Position numbers and translations under genes: made by a program
DNA from: Trichoplax adhaerens
Taxonomy: Eukaryota; Animalia; Placozoa
Reading direction: 5' to 3'
DNA: 64,000 nt
Assembly: GCF_000150275.1 (NCBI RefSeq)
Contig: NW_002060975.1
Span: 276,130-340,129 of the forward strand
Notes under the pieces: model-generated
What the model saw: the letters and a program-made list of their open reading frames with translations, nothing else
Told to the model about the DNA's origin: nothing
Databases searched by the model: none
Shown here: positions 41,901 through 56,900 of the stretch, piece after piece
How positions within the stretch are numbered: position 1 is the first letter of the stretch
Layout: every line of letters begins with the position of its first letter

Positions 41901-42527
41901 CTATTGTAAGATAGTGTTGATTACGTTATGACAATCGATCGCCAATAGTAAAGAGTACAGAGAGGACAACAAGATATTGATTGCTATCACTACAACGTAT
42001 TCCTTCGTTGATAGGCCTATTTTGACGATACTACCAGTCTACTGACATTCTCTAAAAGTGCCATTGCTAATGTTAACATGATTACAGTCGATAAATTGAA
42101 TGACAATATCACAATCCTATACACTGATGAACACTCTTCCATTGATAGCTACAACTAGCATGATTGTTGTATTGAATAAATACACTTACTTCTGGATAGT
42201 TCTGCTCAAAAGGCTCTAAAATAGTGTTCCACCGAGTATTATTTCCATCAGCGTAGCAATCGATGAGAAAATAGAGTAAACAAGAAGAAGGTTAATATAA
42301 ATTATTAGCCATGCATGATTAGCGTCCACTTTGATCATCATTTCATCAACAAGCATCATTGCAACAATAGAGAAAAAAAAAATGAGATAAAAAATGAACG
42401 CAAATGATCAACCCTAACATTCCATTCCATATCGAATTGTTTCTCATACTACATATAGCATACATGGTAAGATACTAATTAATAAATTGGAGATTCTATT
42501 GGACTTACTCAGCAAAGCTAAATTCAT
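38934..42527 (-). CDS. RBBP5: Retinoblastoma-binding protein 5 (Swd1; COMPASS/MLL WD40 subunit), about 13 exons
   Basis: Spliced N-terminus MNLALL|KPFEQNYPE|EHDGTLDSASGSLTCSFNRMGTLLAVGCNDGRLVLWDF (exons 42527-42509, 42215-42190, 41817-41645). Internal QKLQDLVNRTQWKKCCFSGDGNYIVAG and WSAFAPDFKELDENVEYSEKEDEFD. Stop at 38936-38934. Confidence 0.95.
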
Positions 42528-42699
42528 TGATGCATAAGATGGCGAGCTACCCTAATCGAAATGAGCGATGACGAGAGCGCAGGAGCTGACACAAATGAGA
42601 ATGATTGAAACTGGTGTAATGGTTGGGCGGGCTGTATTGGACGGATAGAAAGACAGAGCTAACCGCCAAGCTCTGCGGCTGGACAAAGGCATTGACGGC

Positions 42700-44165
42700 A
42701 AATGCTCCTTTTCGGTCCGCCTAGCAACTTGGGTGTTGCGTTTATTACTGGTCAATTCAACTGTACCGTATGCCTGTAATGGAACACTCGACTGCGATCG
42801 CTTGACTTCCAATTCAGCTACGGATTGGCTCGATGGCAACGAATGGCTACTGTCGATCCATTATTATACCTGGGATAATTCTGCATATAGAACCCTTTCT
42901 CTACTATGATTGGAAAAAGAAAATGATAGGCCTGAGCATGATTATGATTTTGCAGGGAAACAGTTACTTTGTCTGTCTTTTTCAGTCAGTTTTCTGTTTT
43001 AGAAAGAGCAGGACGGGAAATGCTAATTTTCGGTCTGCTATCAACCTGGACGTTGAGTCTATTACTGGTCATTTCAACTGTACCGTATGCCTGTAATGGA
43101 ACACTCGACTGCGATCGCTTGACCTCCAATTCAGCTACGGATTGGCTCGATGGCTACGAATGGCTACTGTCGATCCATTATTATACCTGGGATAATTCTG
43201 CATATAGAACCCTTACACTACTATGATTGGAAAAAGAAAATAATAGGCCTCGGCATAATTATAATTTTGCAGGGAAACAGTTACTTTGTCTGTCTTGTCA
43301 GTCAGTTTTCTGTTTTAGAAAGAGGAGGACGGGCAATGCTCCATTGCTGATGCAATGTTGTAAAACACCGAGGGCGACTATTCTACTAGTCAATACAAGT
43401 ATTTGGCAGGTGTGTATCGCGCTCCAGTGATGCGATATGGAACTGGAGAATGGCCTAGAAAATGCGCATTACTGTATTTTGCAGTAGAGTTGAAGATTGG
43501 TTTCCATTCCATGTTTTTTGAAGCCGTATTGCAGGCACTTTGAGGTCCCTCTTTTGGTTCGAAAGAGAAGGACAGGAAATGCGGATGGAGCAAAATGATA
43601 GTGGCCGACTAGTATACCGATCATTTCAACTGTATTGCATGACTGCAACGGTTCACTACAGTATATACTGTCCGAGCTAGGAAGCCAAATGAGCTGCTGG
43701 CTTGGCTGATTGATTTCAAACAGTATAGAATGACCTGAAAAAGGATAGAGTTTCGCATTTTGTGTCACTAAAACGGCCACTTTTCGTCCCTCTCTCTTAG
43801 TAGACCTCGCTGAAACTGTCCTACCTACGAAAAACATCCAAACGCTCAAGGAACGTGAAATGCTCCTTGAGGGTAGTAAAAATGCAAAATCAGACCATTT
43901 TACTGCTCATTTCAACTGCATTGCATCTCTGCAATGGTATACTATGCAGCAGGCGTATACCTCACTAGCTTGACATCAAACCCGATGTGGCGTAGAATGA
44001 CCGCCAAAAATGATCGGCCTCTGCAGTATTTTTGCTCTGAAATAGCCACTTTACATCTGTCTTTTTTTGATAGTTAGTTAATAGGAAGAGAAAGACGAGA
44101 CATGCCAATTCAGTGTACTAAAGACACAGAGACCAATTACTTCACTGGTCATTTCGACTAGCGGC
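42700..44165. repeat. 317-bp tandem repeat (2 close copies, about 42700-43335) plus about 3 diverged copies, between divergent RBBP5 and TRAPPC4
   Basis: actggtca(a/t)ttcaactgtaccgtatgcctgtaatgg at about 42747 and 43064. Diverged tcatttcaactg cores at about 43620, 43907 and 44148. Confidence 0.88.
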
Positions 44166-45024
44166 TTGCTAGTAACTATGACCTTTGACGCTGTTTCTGC
44201 TGCAGCTAGTGTTGGAGACGCAGGGAAATTTGGGACCTCGTCCATGTTGTACTTTTACACTACTTACAGCTGCAACCTGAGAACTGCTTTAAACTGATCG
44301 CAAATGCATGGTATAAAGAAATGCAATAACTCATGCTGTGTTTATCATAGTATTTTCAACATATTTGGATCATAATACATCAGTTTAGAGTTGTTATTTT
44401 GCACTGTGATGAGCTTTGCAATCTTGTAGAAGAAGAGTTCCAGAAACATTTTCAATCCAACAATATGAAAATTTATCCACCAACGATAGCCATACTATTC
44501 CTAGTCCTATAAAGTGTCAAAAGCGCACAGTATAGCGTTCAGTATAGGAAAGCATTGCCATTTCGTTCGTTCTACAAGAGCAGCCGCACCCAATGTCTAC
44601 TTGCATCGGACGATACAGCAAGACAGACAGTTCCTTCTGCGAGTGTAGATTGACAAAAATCGCTTTCGCCTATAGTAATCCATATAATGATAACTATTGT
44701 ATGAGGGTGCAATGCGGTGCAATCTTTTTTCTACACCATAGCTTACTCATAATGGTTGTCAATCAGTCATACAAATCCATATCTTTTAGAGTCTTCCATG
44801 ATACAGTAGTGGTAAGCTAGTCCATAGTGGTCCCAAACGAACCCGCTCGACAGTCTGACGTTGCTAGGGCTTGTTGGCTAGATCGGATCTTGCATCCCTT
44901 TCCTCCAACTTTGATCCTCAATTAAGTCGAAAACGAAGGAAAATAGGATACCATTTCCATTAGGAACATTTAAACATACAAGCTATATGAGTAGAATAGA
45001 TTTAAATTAGCAGTGGTCATCAAG

Positions 45025-46590
45025 ATGGTCCTGTATAGCGTGTATATTATCAATAAAGCTGGTAGTTTAATTTATAATTATGATCATGTCACACCACGAA
45101 CCGAGGTCGAAAAAACATTTAGTTACCCATTAGAGATGGTTTTACGCGAAGATGAAAGATTAACTGTGGCTTATGGAGAGAGAGATGGTATCAAGAGTAA
45201 GTCAATCGTATTTAAAAGTGATTGCATCCACTACTATAGTCACTATATCATGACTGTCTGATTGCTCTTGTGCTCATGCTGGACTACTGATCATTAATGA
45301 ATGCAATGAACTGATCCAAATAAACCTGCTGTTGCAGCAATGATTGTCAGCATCAAAAAAAAAAATAGGACTGCATCTAGATACTGTAAATTCATTCACA
45401 ATAACATAAAAAATACTTCTCTTACAGTCTGTAGGCAGTAAATGGAAAAGGAATTATAATGATAGAGGTGTAATATAGACTGCTTTCTTCGTTTTCATCA
45501 TGTAGTTGGCTATTCTGTAATTGCTGTCAATGGTGAAAATGTAAGCGGTCGAAAGATGCTAGATGGTACTCCTATTATAGCTTACTTGCAAAATGCCGAC
45601 AATTTTCCATTAAATATTCGCTTCGGTAAACCTAAGCTATCCGTCAATGAGAAAATTACCTTGGCTAGTACCTTTCATTCGTAAGTTTTGATATCGATTT
45701 AAAGTCGTCTTATAGAGTCAAGGTGGATAGAAAGTATGTGCTCGCTATTCGAGCATTACTACGTACTCTCATTGCCATCTTGTTTGCATTATCGGTAGAA
45801 ATAGTTTGCCAAGATAAATAACTGTAATAACAACGATTGTATCTCCTCTCGTTTTAATACGGTACTAGAATGTATGCTATCGCCTGCAAATTATCCCCTG
45901 TCTCAAATTCTTCCGGTATTGAAGTATTGGAGACTGGAACATTTCGATTGTGGTGCTATCAAACATTAACAGGTAATCAAATTAGCTTGTATCGAAGTAA
46001 TAAATCAAGTATTTTTAAATAATAGAATGAAAATCTTATTAAGAGAGAGATAGATAGAGATAGATAGTTAGATAGATTGTTGATGAATAAATGCACTTGA
46101 ATAGATCCAAACTTACAATTTCTTCATACTGCCTTTCATGTAGGAATTAAATTTGTCGTTATAACTGATCAACACCAATCAAGTGTTCAACCGTTGCTGC
46201 GAAAAATTTATGAAATCTACACTGACTACGCACTCAAGAATCCCTTTTATTCCTTAGACATGCCTATTAGGTTAGTAGAACAAAGTTTCATGAGTTCATA
46301 GTACTCGTGGAACACTCCTAGCTTAGAAGATCTCTAGCCTCAAGTATTTTACTCTAATCGCTTACATATGGTCTCATAATATGAAACTTTTGGTGATAGA
46401 TCCTATTAAACTTTGTGAAAATTCCATAACTCGCAATAATCATCCTTTTGTCAAATTATGTGTAATCATGACAATCTTATTTTAATTTTATATTAGGTTA
46501 GAATTATTTGATCTCAATTTACAACGTACCTTGGAAGCAGCGGAAAAGAATCAACAATATAATGCTAATATACCAACTAATACTATATAA
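45025..46590 (+). CDS. TRAPPC4: Trafficking protein particle complex subunit 4 (synbindin/Trs23)
   Basis: Exons 45025-45196, 45506-45680, 45869-45972, 46144-46270, 46497-46590. Motifs [76 protein letters not shown]. Confidence 0.96.
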
Positions 46591-47900
46591 AATGATAATT
46601 CAATAAGATAGTCTACCCAGTAATTACCATTAGTATCGATGTAACTTAGATAAATCTTGCCACTGTTTGTAGTAATAGCCTGAAATAATGCCATTTATTC
46701 ATTTCGTTTGCAACTGTCATATACCTCATATCCAATTGAAAACGCTCGATTTTAAACCATTTTGTTAGGCGTATTCCAAATTATGGATTAATTGATGTTA
46801 AAAATGCTTAAGGATAGATCACTACTGTAAATATCTTGTATCATACCTTCATCCAATCGTTGTTTACTCTGACAATGTTTATTTTATAATTTTATAATGG
46901 CCGCTTTAGCAACCTACCTGTAACTTCTAAATTACACAGCGTTAGCTATGTTATTGTACTTTATAGGTCCAATTTACTACACGGATTGCATTTGTAATAA
47001 AATCTGAAAAGCTTCCAGCGGTTAACACGTTGGCTTTTATTATTGAATGTAGCGTGATTAAATATCTTAGTGTACAAATCTCTTACTCATGCGACATATT
47101 TTTAAATGGATATATCTTGTATTGTCACGAAAGAGCACTATAAGATACCGGATTATCAGTTTATCGATGGTTATAAATATACTTATTAAATACATCTACA
47201 AATAATCTTATTTTTTTTCTTATACTGTATTTTACTCGGTACTATTATAATATTCATTTTTTTAGACTCAGTGTAACTATAGTAGCAATCTTTACAAAGC
47301 GCTTTTGCCATTAATCTAAATCAAGTAAAACTGTTAAGCTGTATCATAATATAAATAGGATAGACCACAGGCTAGCTATACCAATAATCAGATTACCGTA
47401 GGTTGTCAAAACTATCATTTAAGCGTGAACGACAAATATTAGACCGTACGTAATAATTATAAAATATTTTATTAAAAGTAATTATACTTAAAAAGTAAAT
47501 ATTTTTACAAGTTGTAATTGCTTATGATAAGATAACATTGCTGCTATTGAAGTACGAAAACGTGATCGATAGCTATTAAGGGCAATTTCAAAATAGCACA
47601 GAAGATGTTCATTTCCACGATATGACATGGTAGTATAAAATTAGCCGATCATATCAAATAATACATAGATTTAAGTTTTAATTTTGACCGTAATCAGTGA
47701 GAATAAGCCAAACGATAATTAAATTCATACATGGCGCTTTCATTATTAAATTTACAGTAAAATGTTACATCACAGTCTTATCTTCTAACGGTATCCATGC
47801 TTACAATTAAAGCAGATAATGTTGCACTAACTCTATATTCTGTTTTGTCTTTGAGTTTAGCTTATGTTGCTTAAGCGAATAGTATATTATGCGCAATAGA

Positions 47901-50900
47901 TTATTTTTGAATAATTGCTGGTAACGGTTGTGATTTTTGCATCGTTGGGCCTTGAGCAGGGGGTAAAACTTGACCATCTTTCCTAGACAGCTGATGAATT
48001 TCAGTTTTTAATGCCTCTATTTCTTGTGACTGTAATTCAATTAATTGCTTAAGACGCCATCTTTCACGTTTATCAGCTTTATGTAAGCTATGATAGTTTG
48101 CACCCTAATAAATCATATCCAAACGAAAACGAATCAAATTACCAGTCACCTAATGTTGAAGTGTACTTTATCATGGTCGTATATGAAACATTATCGTGCC
48201 CTAAATTATGAACAAGTACTAACCAAGCCAGTCTGACAAGCATTTAGCGATGATTCCAACTCGTTGCCTTCTTGCACCATACCCATCAGTTTATCTAGCA
48301 TAGCTGTATTTTCGTGCATCATTGCATTTAAAGACTTCTTTTCAGCTTCAATTTTTTTCTAGGAAAGGGATGAGGTTACAAAACGATATTAAAATCGAGA
48401 GGAGATTGAATGGACTTTTAGCGTATCATTATGCTTTTCCTTATGCCATAAATTGTTATCAAGTTTTATAAAATGATACAGTATACGTACAGTATTATAC
48501 AGTAGTAATATTTTATAGCTGTTTGCATGAGCGCATCAACTAGGGTACTAAAGTATAGTAATCAATTACGCGCCTTGTAATTTGGAATAAACTGTTACAT
48601 ATAAATTACTGGCACATCACTCCAGTCTTTTATAGGAAATCATCCAGAATAGATTCAAGAATTAAAGTAGGAGCTATTTTATTTACTTACATCCCAATCT
48701 GCTACTTCTCTATCATACTCTGTTTCGAAATATCGCAATTTTTCTTTTAATTCTTCAGCTCCTTTATTGACGGTAACATTGTCCAATTTATCCAAATCGA
48801 TGATTCTTCCAAATTTAAGTAATTGCATTTCGTTGACCTCTTCCTCTTGTTCTTTAATCTAAGCGAGAGAATTTGATATTAACTACTTGATGCCAAATGA
48901 TCTAGGCAATAATTCGATATATCCAAAGCGGAAAATTGTCATGCTATTAGCGAAATCTATTGGGTGAATTGAACTTACCTTCGCATCTTGTACTTTTTTA
49001 TCTTTAGTTAGTAAAGCGAATTTTTGCCTATCTTCTCTATAAGATGAAAGTAATAAGATCATGTTAAGGCTAGAAAAATGAGGAGGTGATCGAATTCTTT
49101 TCTTTGGGCGTATCATATTCTTATATATGATAAACGTAAAACTAGATGATAATTTGCTTGCGCCACTAAATATTCTTACTTGAGATAAATATATATATAT
49201 ATATCACCGACTAAACTAATCTTTATTAATAACCAACTACATGTATCTACGGACAAAATTTTAATCCAACTTAATATTTATAAAAATGATTTTTTGAATG
49301 TTTTTCTTAATTTAAAATATTTAAGATAGTATAAATAACTTACTTAGACGTTTTTTCTCTCAATACTAAACATATACTATACACGGTACTTTAGGTGTTA
49401 TTAGTGATATGTTAATAGCACTTTAAAGGTAGAGCAATAATCAGCCTAAAAAACATACTTAAATAGGCGCCGCTGGTTCTGTTTTTCAGACTTGAGTTCT
49501 TCAATTCTCTCACGTAATTTACTTTGGCTTGATTTTCGGAACACCAAACATTGCGATAAATCGCGAGGTAAGGTACCATTAACGATGTATTGAATTTGAT
49601 CAAGATGAATGGTAACTACAACATCCAATTCATTCAGTTTCTGTTGTTTTTCCAACTATAGAAGATTTAATTAAAATAATTCAGGTATCGCTACAATTAA
49701 GAGCGTAGATTATATGTTTTGTAGGGAAGAGAGATTACGCAGAACTAAGTTATATTAGCTGCAAGAACTTTAACACCGATCGAATTAACTGAAATTTGAA
49801 TGTGGTAAGAATTGTTATAATATTTGCAATATCAGCTAATCAAGAAGCAATTTGTAGCATTTGTATAGCAATATTTTAATCCGTTAATACCATCTACAAT
49901 AAGTAACACAAGATTAATTACCTGGAATTTTTCTAGTTCTCCTTGTGCTGCTTTTAAGGCAGCATCAATAGCTTTTAATTTTTTAGTTAAATTATCATGC
50001 TCTTTCTTTAACAATTCGCAGGCTTTCTTTTCTTCAACTAGTTGCTCTTCATTTTCTTGTCGTCTTTCCCTGATGTTCATAGTTCCATCGAATAATTCCT
50101 ACGATAGACCATCATTTATACGTCAAATGAAAATAAAAAATGTGGGAAGATCATTACTAATCAGCTTGATATAGATAAGTACTTTCAAAATATATCATGT
50201 TTAGAGTAATAATTGATGTTGATTGCACTACAGAGGAATACTTTAATTATGAAATCAATGGCGCATATTACGACTAGCAGGAGATTGGAATAGACAGGTA
50301 CGAAATAGTTCCATGAAATTGTTAAACTTATATTTGTTCGTATCTATATTTTATTACATCTATAGGACGAACAAGATGTAGTCCAACTAATTGCCTGATA
50401 GTATACCTCATCACAGCCTGCAGGGCAGACACTATAATCGACTTCATCTTCAGAATCGTCGTCTTCTGATTCAGAAGATAAGAAATCATCATCATCATCA
50501 TCGTCATCGCTTTCTTCATCGGAATCTAGTAGATTATATGATAAAGATTGTTTAGAATTTTCTAGTTATAAATAGTATTACGGATGAAAGATCAATTAAG
50601 ATAAAATTTCACATTTTTAATGCCGTAGGGAATAGTTTACCTGCGTTATCTTTAGCTTTTTTTCTGACTTTTTTGATTTTTTTCTTGAATAACTTGGTCA
50701 AAAATTCAGCATATTTATTATTGTCACCTAATGAAGTTTGAAAGGATTGATGCAGAGCTTTCTCTTTTTCCTGAAGTCGTTCAATATCCTTCTTTTTAGC
50801 TTCGTATTTTTGCCAGCATTCTTCTACCTATATTTTGTAGTTTAACAATGAATAGGTTAGTTATTTAAACTTCCTACTGAATAAACCCTATTCTAACGAG

Positions 50901-53900
50901 CTATCGGAGCAATCTTTACTTTAGTTTGCATATCTGTTTTTTCATCCATTTTAGCATCCACGCGATCAGCTAGAACATTTTCACTCTTCTCAAATTCTTT
51001 TAGTAAAGCAAGCTCTTTAAACAATGTTAAATATCTGAAAATTTAAAGTGTAGACAATTATCAAACAACATACACCGACAGTAGAACTATCGACGATACT
51101 TGTAGCCATAAAATTATTCTTATATTTTATGTTATAGTAGGATAGCCTGAATAACTATCCAAACCTCTGTTTCGTATATGTATGTAACGATTTATGTAAG
51201 CAAAAGAATCGTACTTGATGTCAGCGTTCTTTAATTTGACGCTTAATTTGGCTTTCTGTTCTCTAATTTCCGCTAATTCTTCATCAAATTCGTTCAATAA
51301 ATTTTCAATTTCTTCAATCAAGCTATCACGTTCATAGATTAATCTATAAAAGTCAAAAGGAGGTTATTAATTGGAAATCGATCAGTTTATCTGACAGATT
51401 AACAGTGCTTTTTATAGATCATTAAACATGACAAATATTCTACCTCTAATTCAAAAATATTAACAATAGAATATACCATTGTCGCTACTTAAATAATTTT
51501 AAGTTGTACTATCGATTTAAGCAGAGATATTATATAAAATTATAAATAATAAGAATATATTCTTCTACTACTTTAAAATTAATTCAAATATCACCAAAAT
51601 CATTATTTAAGGGTAAAACTGGTATTACATATTAAATCATAGTGTAGTGTAATTCTTAATATTACAGTGGTAATATAGCAAAGATTATATGTAGAGATTG
51701 AAATTTTGGCGTAAAGTCATTTCATTTTTACTATTATTCAGAAGCTGTGGATAAAATATTATATCATTTCGTCTTGACACTGTGATAATTCTTTACGGTT
51801 AAGCTTTACTTCTTAGTGTATTAATCTAGAGATTGTAGCTGTATGAATGATGGTAATGAAGGATATCAAATGAATATGAATATTTCTAACGATTTACTCT
51901 AGGTTAGCGAATGGGAATTATTCCTAAATTTTTAGATATGTCGTTCATAAAATGAGTTCCGTATATTTTACCTGACTTCTTTCATTGCTTCTAATTCTTC
52001 TTCTAATGGAGATTTTGATATAATCTTTTCTACAGATGCTCCACGTGAACGCAATATTTCAGTCTCAATTTGAGAATTTCGAGAAGAAGCTCGAGAAGCT
52101 CGAGTATCACTAGTGAAACTCATAGCATTGCTTCTAGTATTTGCTTCTTTACTTTCATTATTTGCTGTCTGTGATGATGAAGCCTCGTTATTGGCCCCAC
52201 TAGGAAATGCACTTAGTAAACCACCAAATAGAGCGCCTTCTTCAGAAGCCGCTACAGCCATTTCTAATCGTTCCTTTTCTGCCATATCTTCTTGAAATTT
52301 AATCAGCGTCTCTTTAGTATATTCAAATCGCCTATATGGGATGAAATTGGTAAAAAATTGGTATATTTAGTTTATTCCGTATTATATAGATTAATATTCG
52401 GAATGGTCGTGTAGCAAAGTTATAGGTTTTTTAACGCTTAATTCCTTAATTAACCATTATGCTAGTTTATTAAATTTAATTATTCTGCGGTAATTAACTG
52501 TCATAGTCATCGTAGTGATGACAGTAAGGCAGTATAAGTTTAATTTACCTTTCCGGTTCTTCTTCGATATCGAGTTTAGGGGCATCCATCAGATGCACCG
52601 ATTTTTGGTTTCCCAACTGATTTTGGATATCCTTCAATTGGTTCAATTTCATCGTAACAGTTTTAATAACTTTTTTCTTCTTCTCTCTTAATCTCAAAAC
52701 TTTTAAATTGAATTCGCGCTTATGCCGATAAATCTATAAGGAAACAAAGTAAGAATTAGAGGATTGCATTTAATTCGTAAATATTCTTAAAGGGCCGATA
52801 CCTTTTGCAATTATCTATTGTATATTGTATATCGAACAAGTATGGCATATAATGATATATCTTTGCCATGCCACATTACTACTAGCTTAATTCAGTAGGT
52901 ATCTCTACCTATATTATTATTCATGCTATGAAAGAATGAATGATATCAAGGTCTATCAAAATCAGGAAGGTCTAGGTAGCAAGTATGCAACAAATGCGCA
53001 TATCGATACACTGGCTACGTAGTTGTAGCCGTCAATGTGTGAAATATCGCATTTTAAAGGATTAAATTTATGATTTCGTTAACACCCATGCATAGAATAG
53101 AGAAGGAATGGATGGTCATAATCGTCGATAGAGATAAAAGGACAGAATCTTTACATAAAGGAGGTTTATCTGGCTTAGCTCGAACAAGAACTTACTCGAT
53201 TACGGAGAAGAACTAATTCCTCGCGCTTTCTGTTTGCTGTTAAACGTTGATCTTCTGGAACAACATAATCTGTAGCAGTCTTCAATTTAAAATCGCCCAT
53301 ATTCTCGCGCGCAAATTTAATTGCATCAACGAGCTCAGGATCTTCATAGTCTTCTGATGGCCTATTCTTTTCTAATTCTTCCCACTAAAAATAATAAGTT
53401 GCCGTTATACATTTTCTAATTATGGATATTATAATGGGCGATTGCATTACAAAAATTATGTTGGCATAAATTTAAGTAGATCATGAATGTTAATCTACTG
53501 TTTACAAGGCTATCGGATCAGATTGCAATTAAATGCGTAACTAATTTTATCTCAGAGGTGTTTCTGTTTTACCTCACGTTGACGGATTAATTTCTTTCTC
53601 TTTCGCTGCTCTGCTTTAGGCAGTTTAGTAAAGTTAGACACAGACTTTTTACCTAACATCCGCCGATCAGAACGTGTAGATGTTGCCGATCCCTAGTATA
53701 GTTCATTTAATAAATTTTAGTTAGTATCAAGGCTAAAATATCATCGATGAAGACTAATACTTTAACGAACAACTGTCTAAATTAAGCTACTTACTCGAGA
53801 TTTTATCCGTCGTTTTTTACCACTGATACTGGCAGCTTGACTTTTAGTTCTCTCACGAGTTGCTGTTTCTTGGTTTTCACCGCCTTCGGTGACAGCTCGA

Positions 53901-56900
53901 TGAATACTATCTTTAAAATCTTCTTGATCAGCAGCGTTAGAATAAGCCAAACGAAAGGTACTGACATTATAGCCTTTCTTAAATCCTTTAATAAGAATTC
54001 TTTCTATTTCGATTCCATCTTTAAATCTATCGAGGTAACATAGATAAGCAAGGAAAGTGAGAATATTATCATATCATTTTGTGTTTGGTAGCTATTAGTC
54101 TATAATTTCATTGTTATTAAGCCGTAGTAATACAAGAGTAGTAGAGCTGACTAACTTAGATTGTAATTTTCGCAAGGTAACGTCCATTTTCTCCGATTCC
54201 CACGCTAATTGTTTTTGGACTAACTTAATCTGAAATTAGCGCAAAATGATAATATATATATATATCAAGTTAATCTTCCATTTTTAAGAAGTAAATACTT
54301 GTAATCATTAGCAATCGTAAGAAATAGACAGGATTACCATCGTTATCATAACAAATTAGTTTAATTTTTTCTGTTACAAGATAAAATGACTTACTTTTTC
54401 CTGCTTTTGCTTTTCAATATCACCCTTAACTAACTGATCCAGTTCGAATTCCTATATAATAAAAGTATATTTTTAAAAGGAAATTCTCAATTATTGATAT
54501 ACTAGCTACAAAGATATAAATTGATGATACTGATGAAGTCTAACTACTCATTTGTACACTAATATTTCGATATCATACTGTATTAAAAATGCTATAGTAA
54601 CTTTCAAGAGTAATAATTATAGATGCAAATTGGATGATAGAAATGAGTCCAGTATATCCGCATAGGAGTATAAAGAAATGGGGATAATGCGATATTTGAA
54701 TTTAAGGAAAATTAGCTTCAACAAATTTTTAATATACATTCTAGAGGATGATTACAGATTTATCGATTTCGTAAGGCCGGATAAAACTTTGAACTATGTT
54801 AGAATTTTATTAAATTTCAATGATATATAGCAGAGACGTCGGCTAAGCTTGGATAGATTGGTGCCGTAGATAGTAGATCTAAATACTTTATATCTTAAAA
54901 TCTAGCCTATACCCTAAGGGTACTTAATAGCCAGTCTATATACACTATTTGCTATCTCATCATTTATATACCGTTCTCTTCAATTGCAATTTTGTCGGTA
55001 AGTCATTATTGCGGTTAAGAATTTTCTTGAAGCGTAAGCGAAGGTTCGCCATTTCATTTCGAACATTCTATTATTTCGTTTAGATTGTGAGCAAAAAGAA
55101 CAGGAAATGGCGTTAATTTCACAGACTACTAGTATTTAGCCTTGATTATGAAGTGGATTATCAATATCAGGCTAAAGTTGATCTTATATGTGTATTTACC
55201 TGTTTCTTTTCTTCAGCTTCTTTTAATCGCTTGTCATATTCCGATTTTTGTTTAGCATCTTCTAAGCTGTTGGTTTATTAAATGGTGAAAATGGAATTGA
55301 ATAAAAGTAAGAAATCAGAATAACATATATGCAAAGTTCAAATATAAGACTTCTATCTTATTCTAGGTAGAAATGTTGAAATACGGTAACTAACTGAGCA
55401 TTTAAATGACAGCAGATACAGGGTGTAATAGTTTATCAAGCACTAACTATTCTGACATTGGTTATATAATTAACATCTAAAATATTGTCAAATTAGAAAC
55501 TGCTAGAATTATGAAATAAGCAAGAGGAAATGACGGCTATTAAAAATCAAAAAGTTGATTCTTATTACCTATAAGCTGAACGGTCAGTAATGTCTTCCAT
55601 GCGGTTATCGCCTTCCATGATTGACTGTGACAAGTGAAAGGGAAAGAAATTAAGTTACACGGAATTTTATATAGAGTGTCAAAATGGATGATTTACTGCC
55701 ATAGCATTAAAAATTTGTAGGGAATAAAGATCAAGCTAGCCATTACCATTGACATAGAATCTATTTTTCCACCGTCAACGGTATCCATTTCGTTATGGGC
55801 AAAAACGAAAAAGTTGCCATCGCTACCAGTGGTTAAGATATATTTCTTGTCAAAACTTGAACAAATATTAGTCACGCGTCCGTAGAAGCCATCGTGAATC
55901 GAGAGGGACCAATAATCAGCCAATTCTGGGATATCGCTAGGTAATTGATTCCCTTTTATTGCATTTTCTTGCGGCTGACAGCGAACAATACCATTATCGA
56001 AACCAAGTATCAACAGCTTTCCATCACGGCTGATTTAATGATCAATATGCAAAAGTGAAACGATAATTAACTCAGCTATTAAGAGATCTAGAATTAAAGC
56101 TATTATATATAATTATTGGATTGGAAGAATAGTTTTAGTATTATGTTTACTCACCTCAAATGAAGAGATCGGATAGGAGAATCGTTACTATCAGTAACTG
56201 GAATAGCCTTAACTGGCTCACCAAAGTGATCGACTTCATTTGTATCTTGATTATCAGGTTCTTTCTGTTGAATTCTAGCCTGCCATTCTTCATATGATTC
56301 CATTTTACATTTATAAAGATATCCAGCATCGTATCCTCCCTATAAAAAAATAAAATTTGCATCAACTCTCCGAGGATAATATTTTAAAACCTAATTTTTG
56401 TAAAAACATTTCTATATTTCATTAGTACTGTCAGGTTAATGTATTATTTTAGCAACAACCTGAAAGTGATGCTTTAAAACTAATTTGCCTATTTTATACG
56501 TACAGGCTTACATGGACAACTTTAATAACATCACTCTATAATGCACACTACCTTAATTGGTAATAACTAATACTAGATCAAGAAATATATGACATTACTC
56601 CTTATATTTGTGATTGCTTTACCATTGATAGCCAGAAATGGTCAATTTCATCCGCATAGAATCCACGAATAATTGTCCGTATTCCATTATCCGATTCCTC
56701 TTCTACTTCTTCCTCTTCTTTTCCTTTTTCTCCTGCTGCGGTATCCTCTTGTTTTTCCTCATTGTCTTCTTCTTCTTCACTATTACCGATATTAAAAAGT
56801 GAACACATTCAATTATTACGTCGAAGAGAAATAAGATATTTATTTTATATCTATTCACATCACATCATGTCGTATATGTATATACTCACATCTATTTTTA

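Noticed and set aside
42552-43849. ORFs in the RBBP5-TRAPPC4 interval
   Set aside because: They derive from the 317-bp repeat, mostly start at non-ATG codons and show no recognisable domains.
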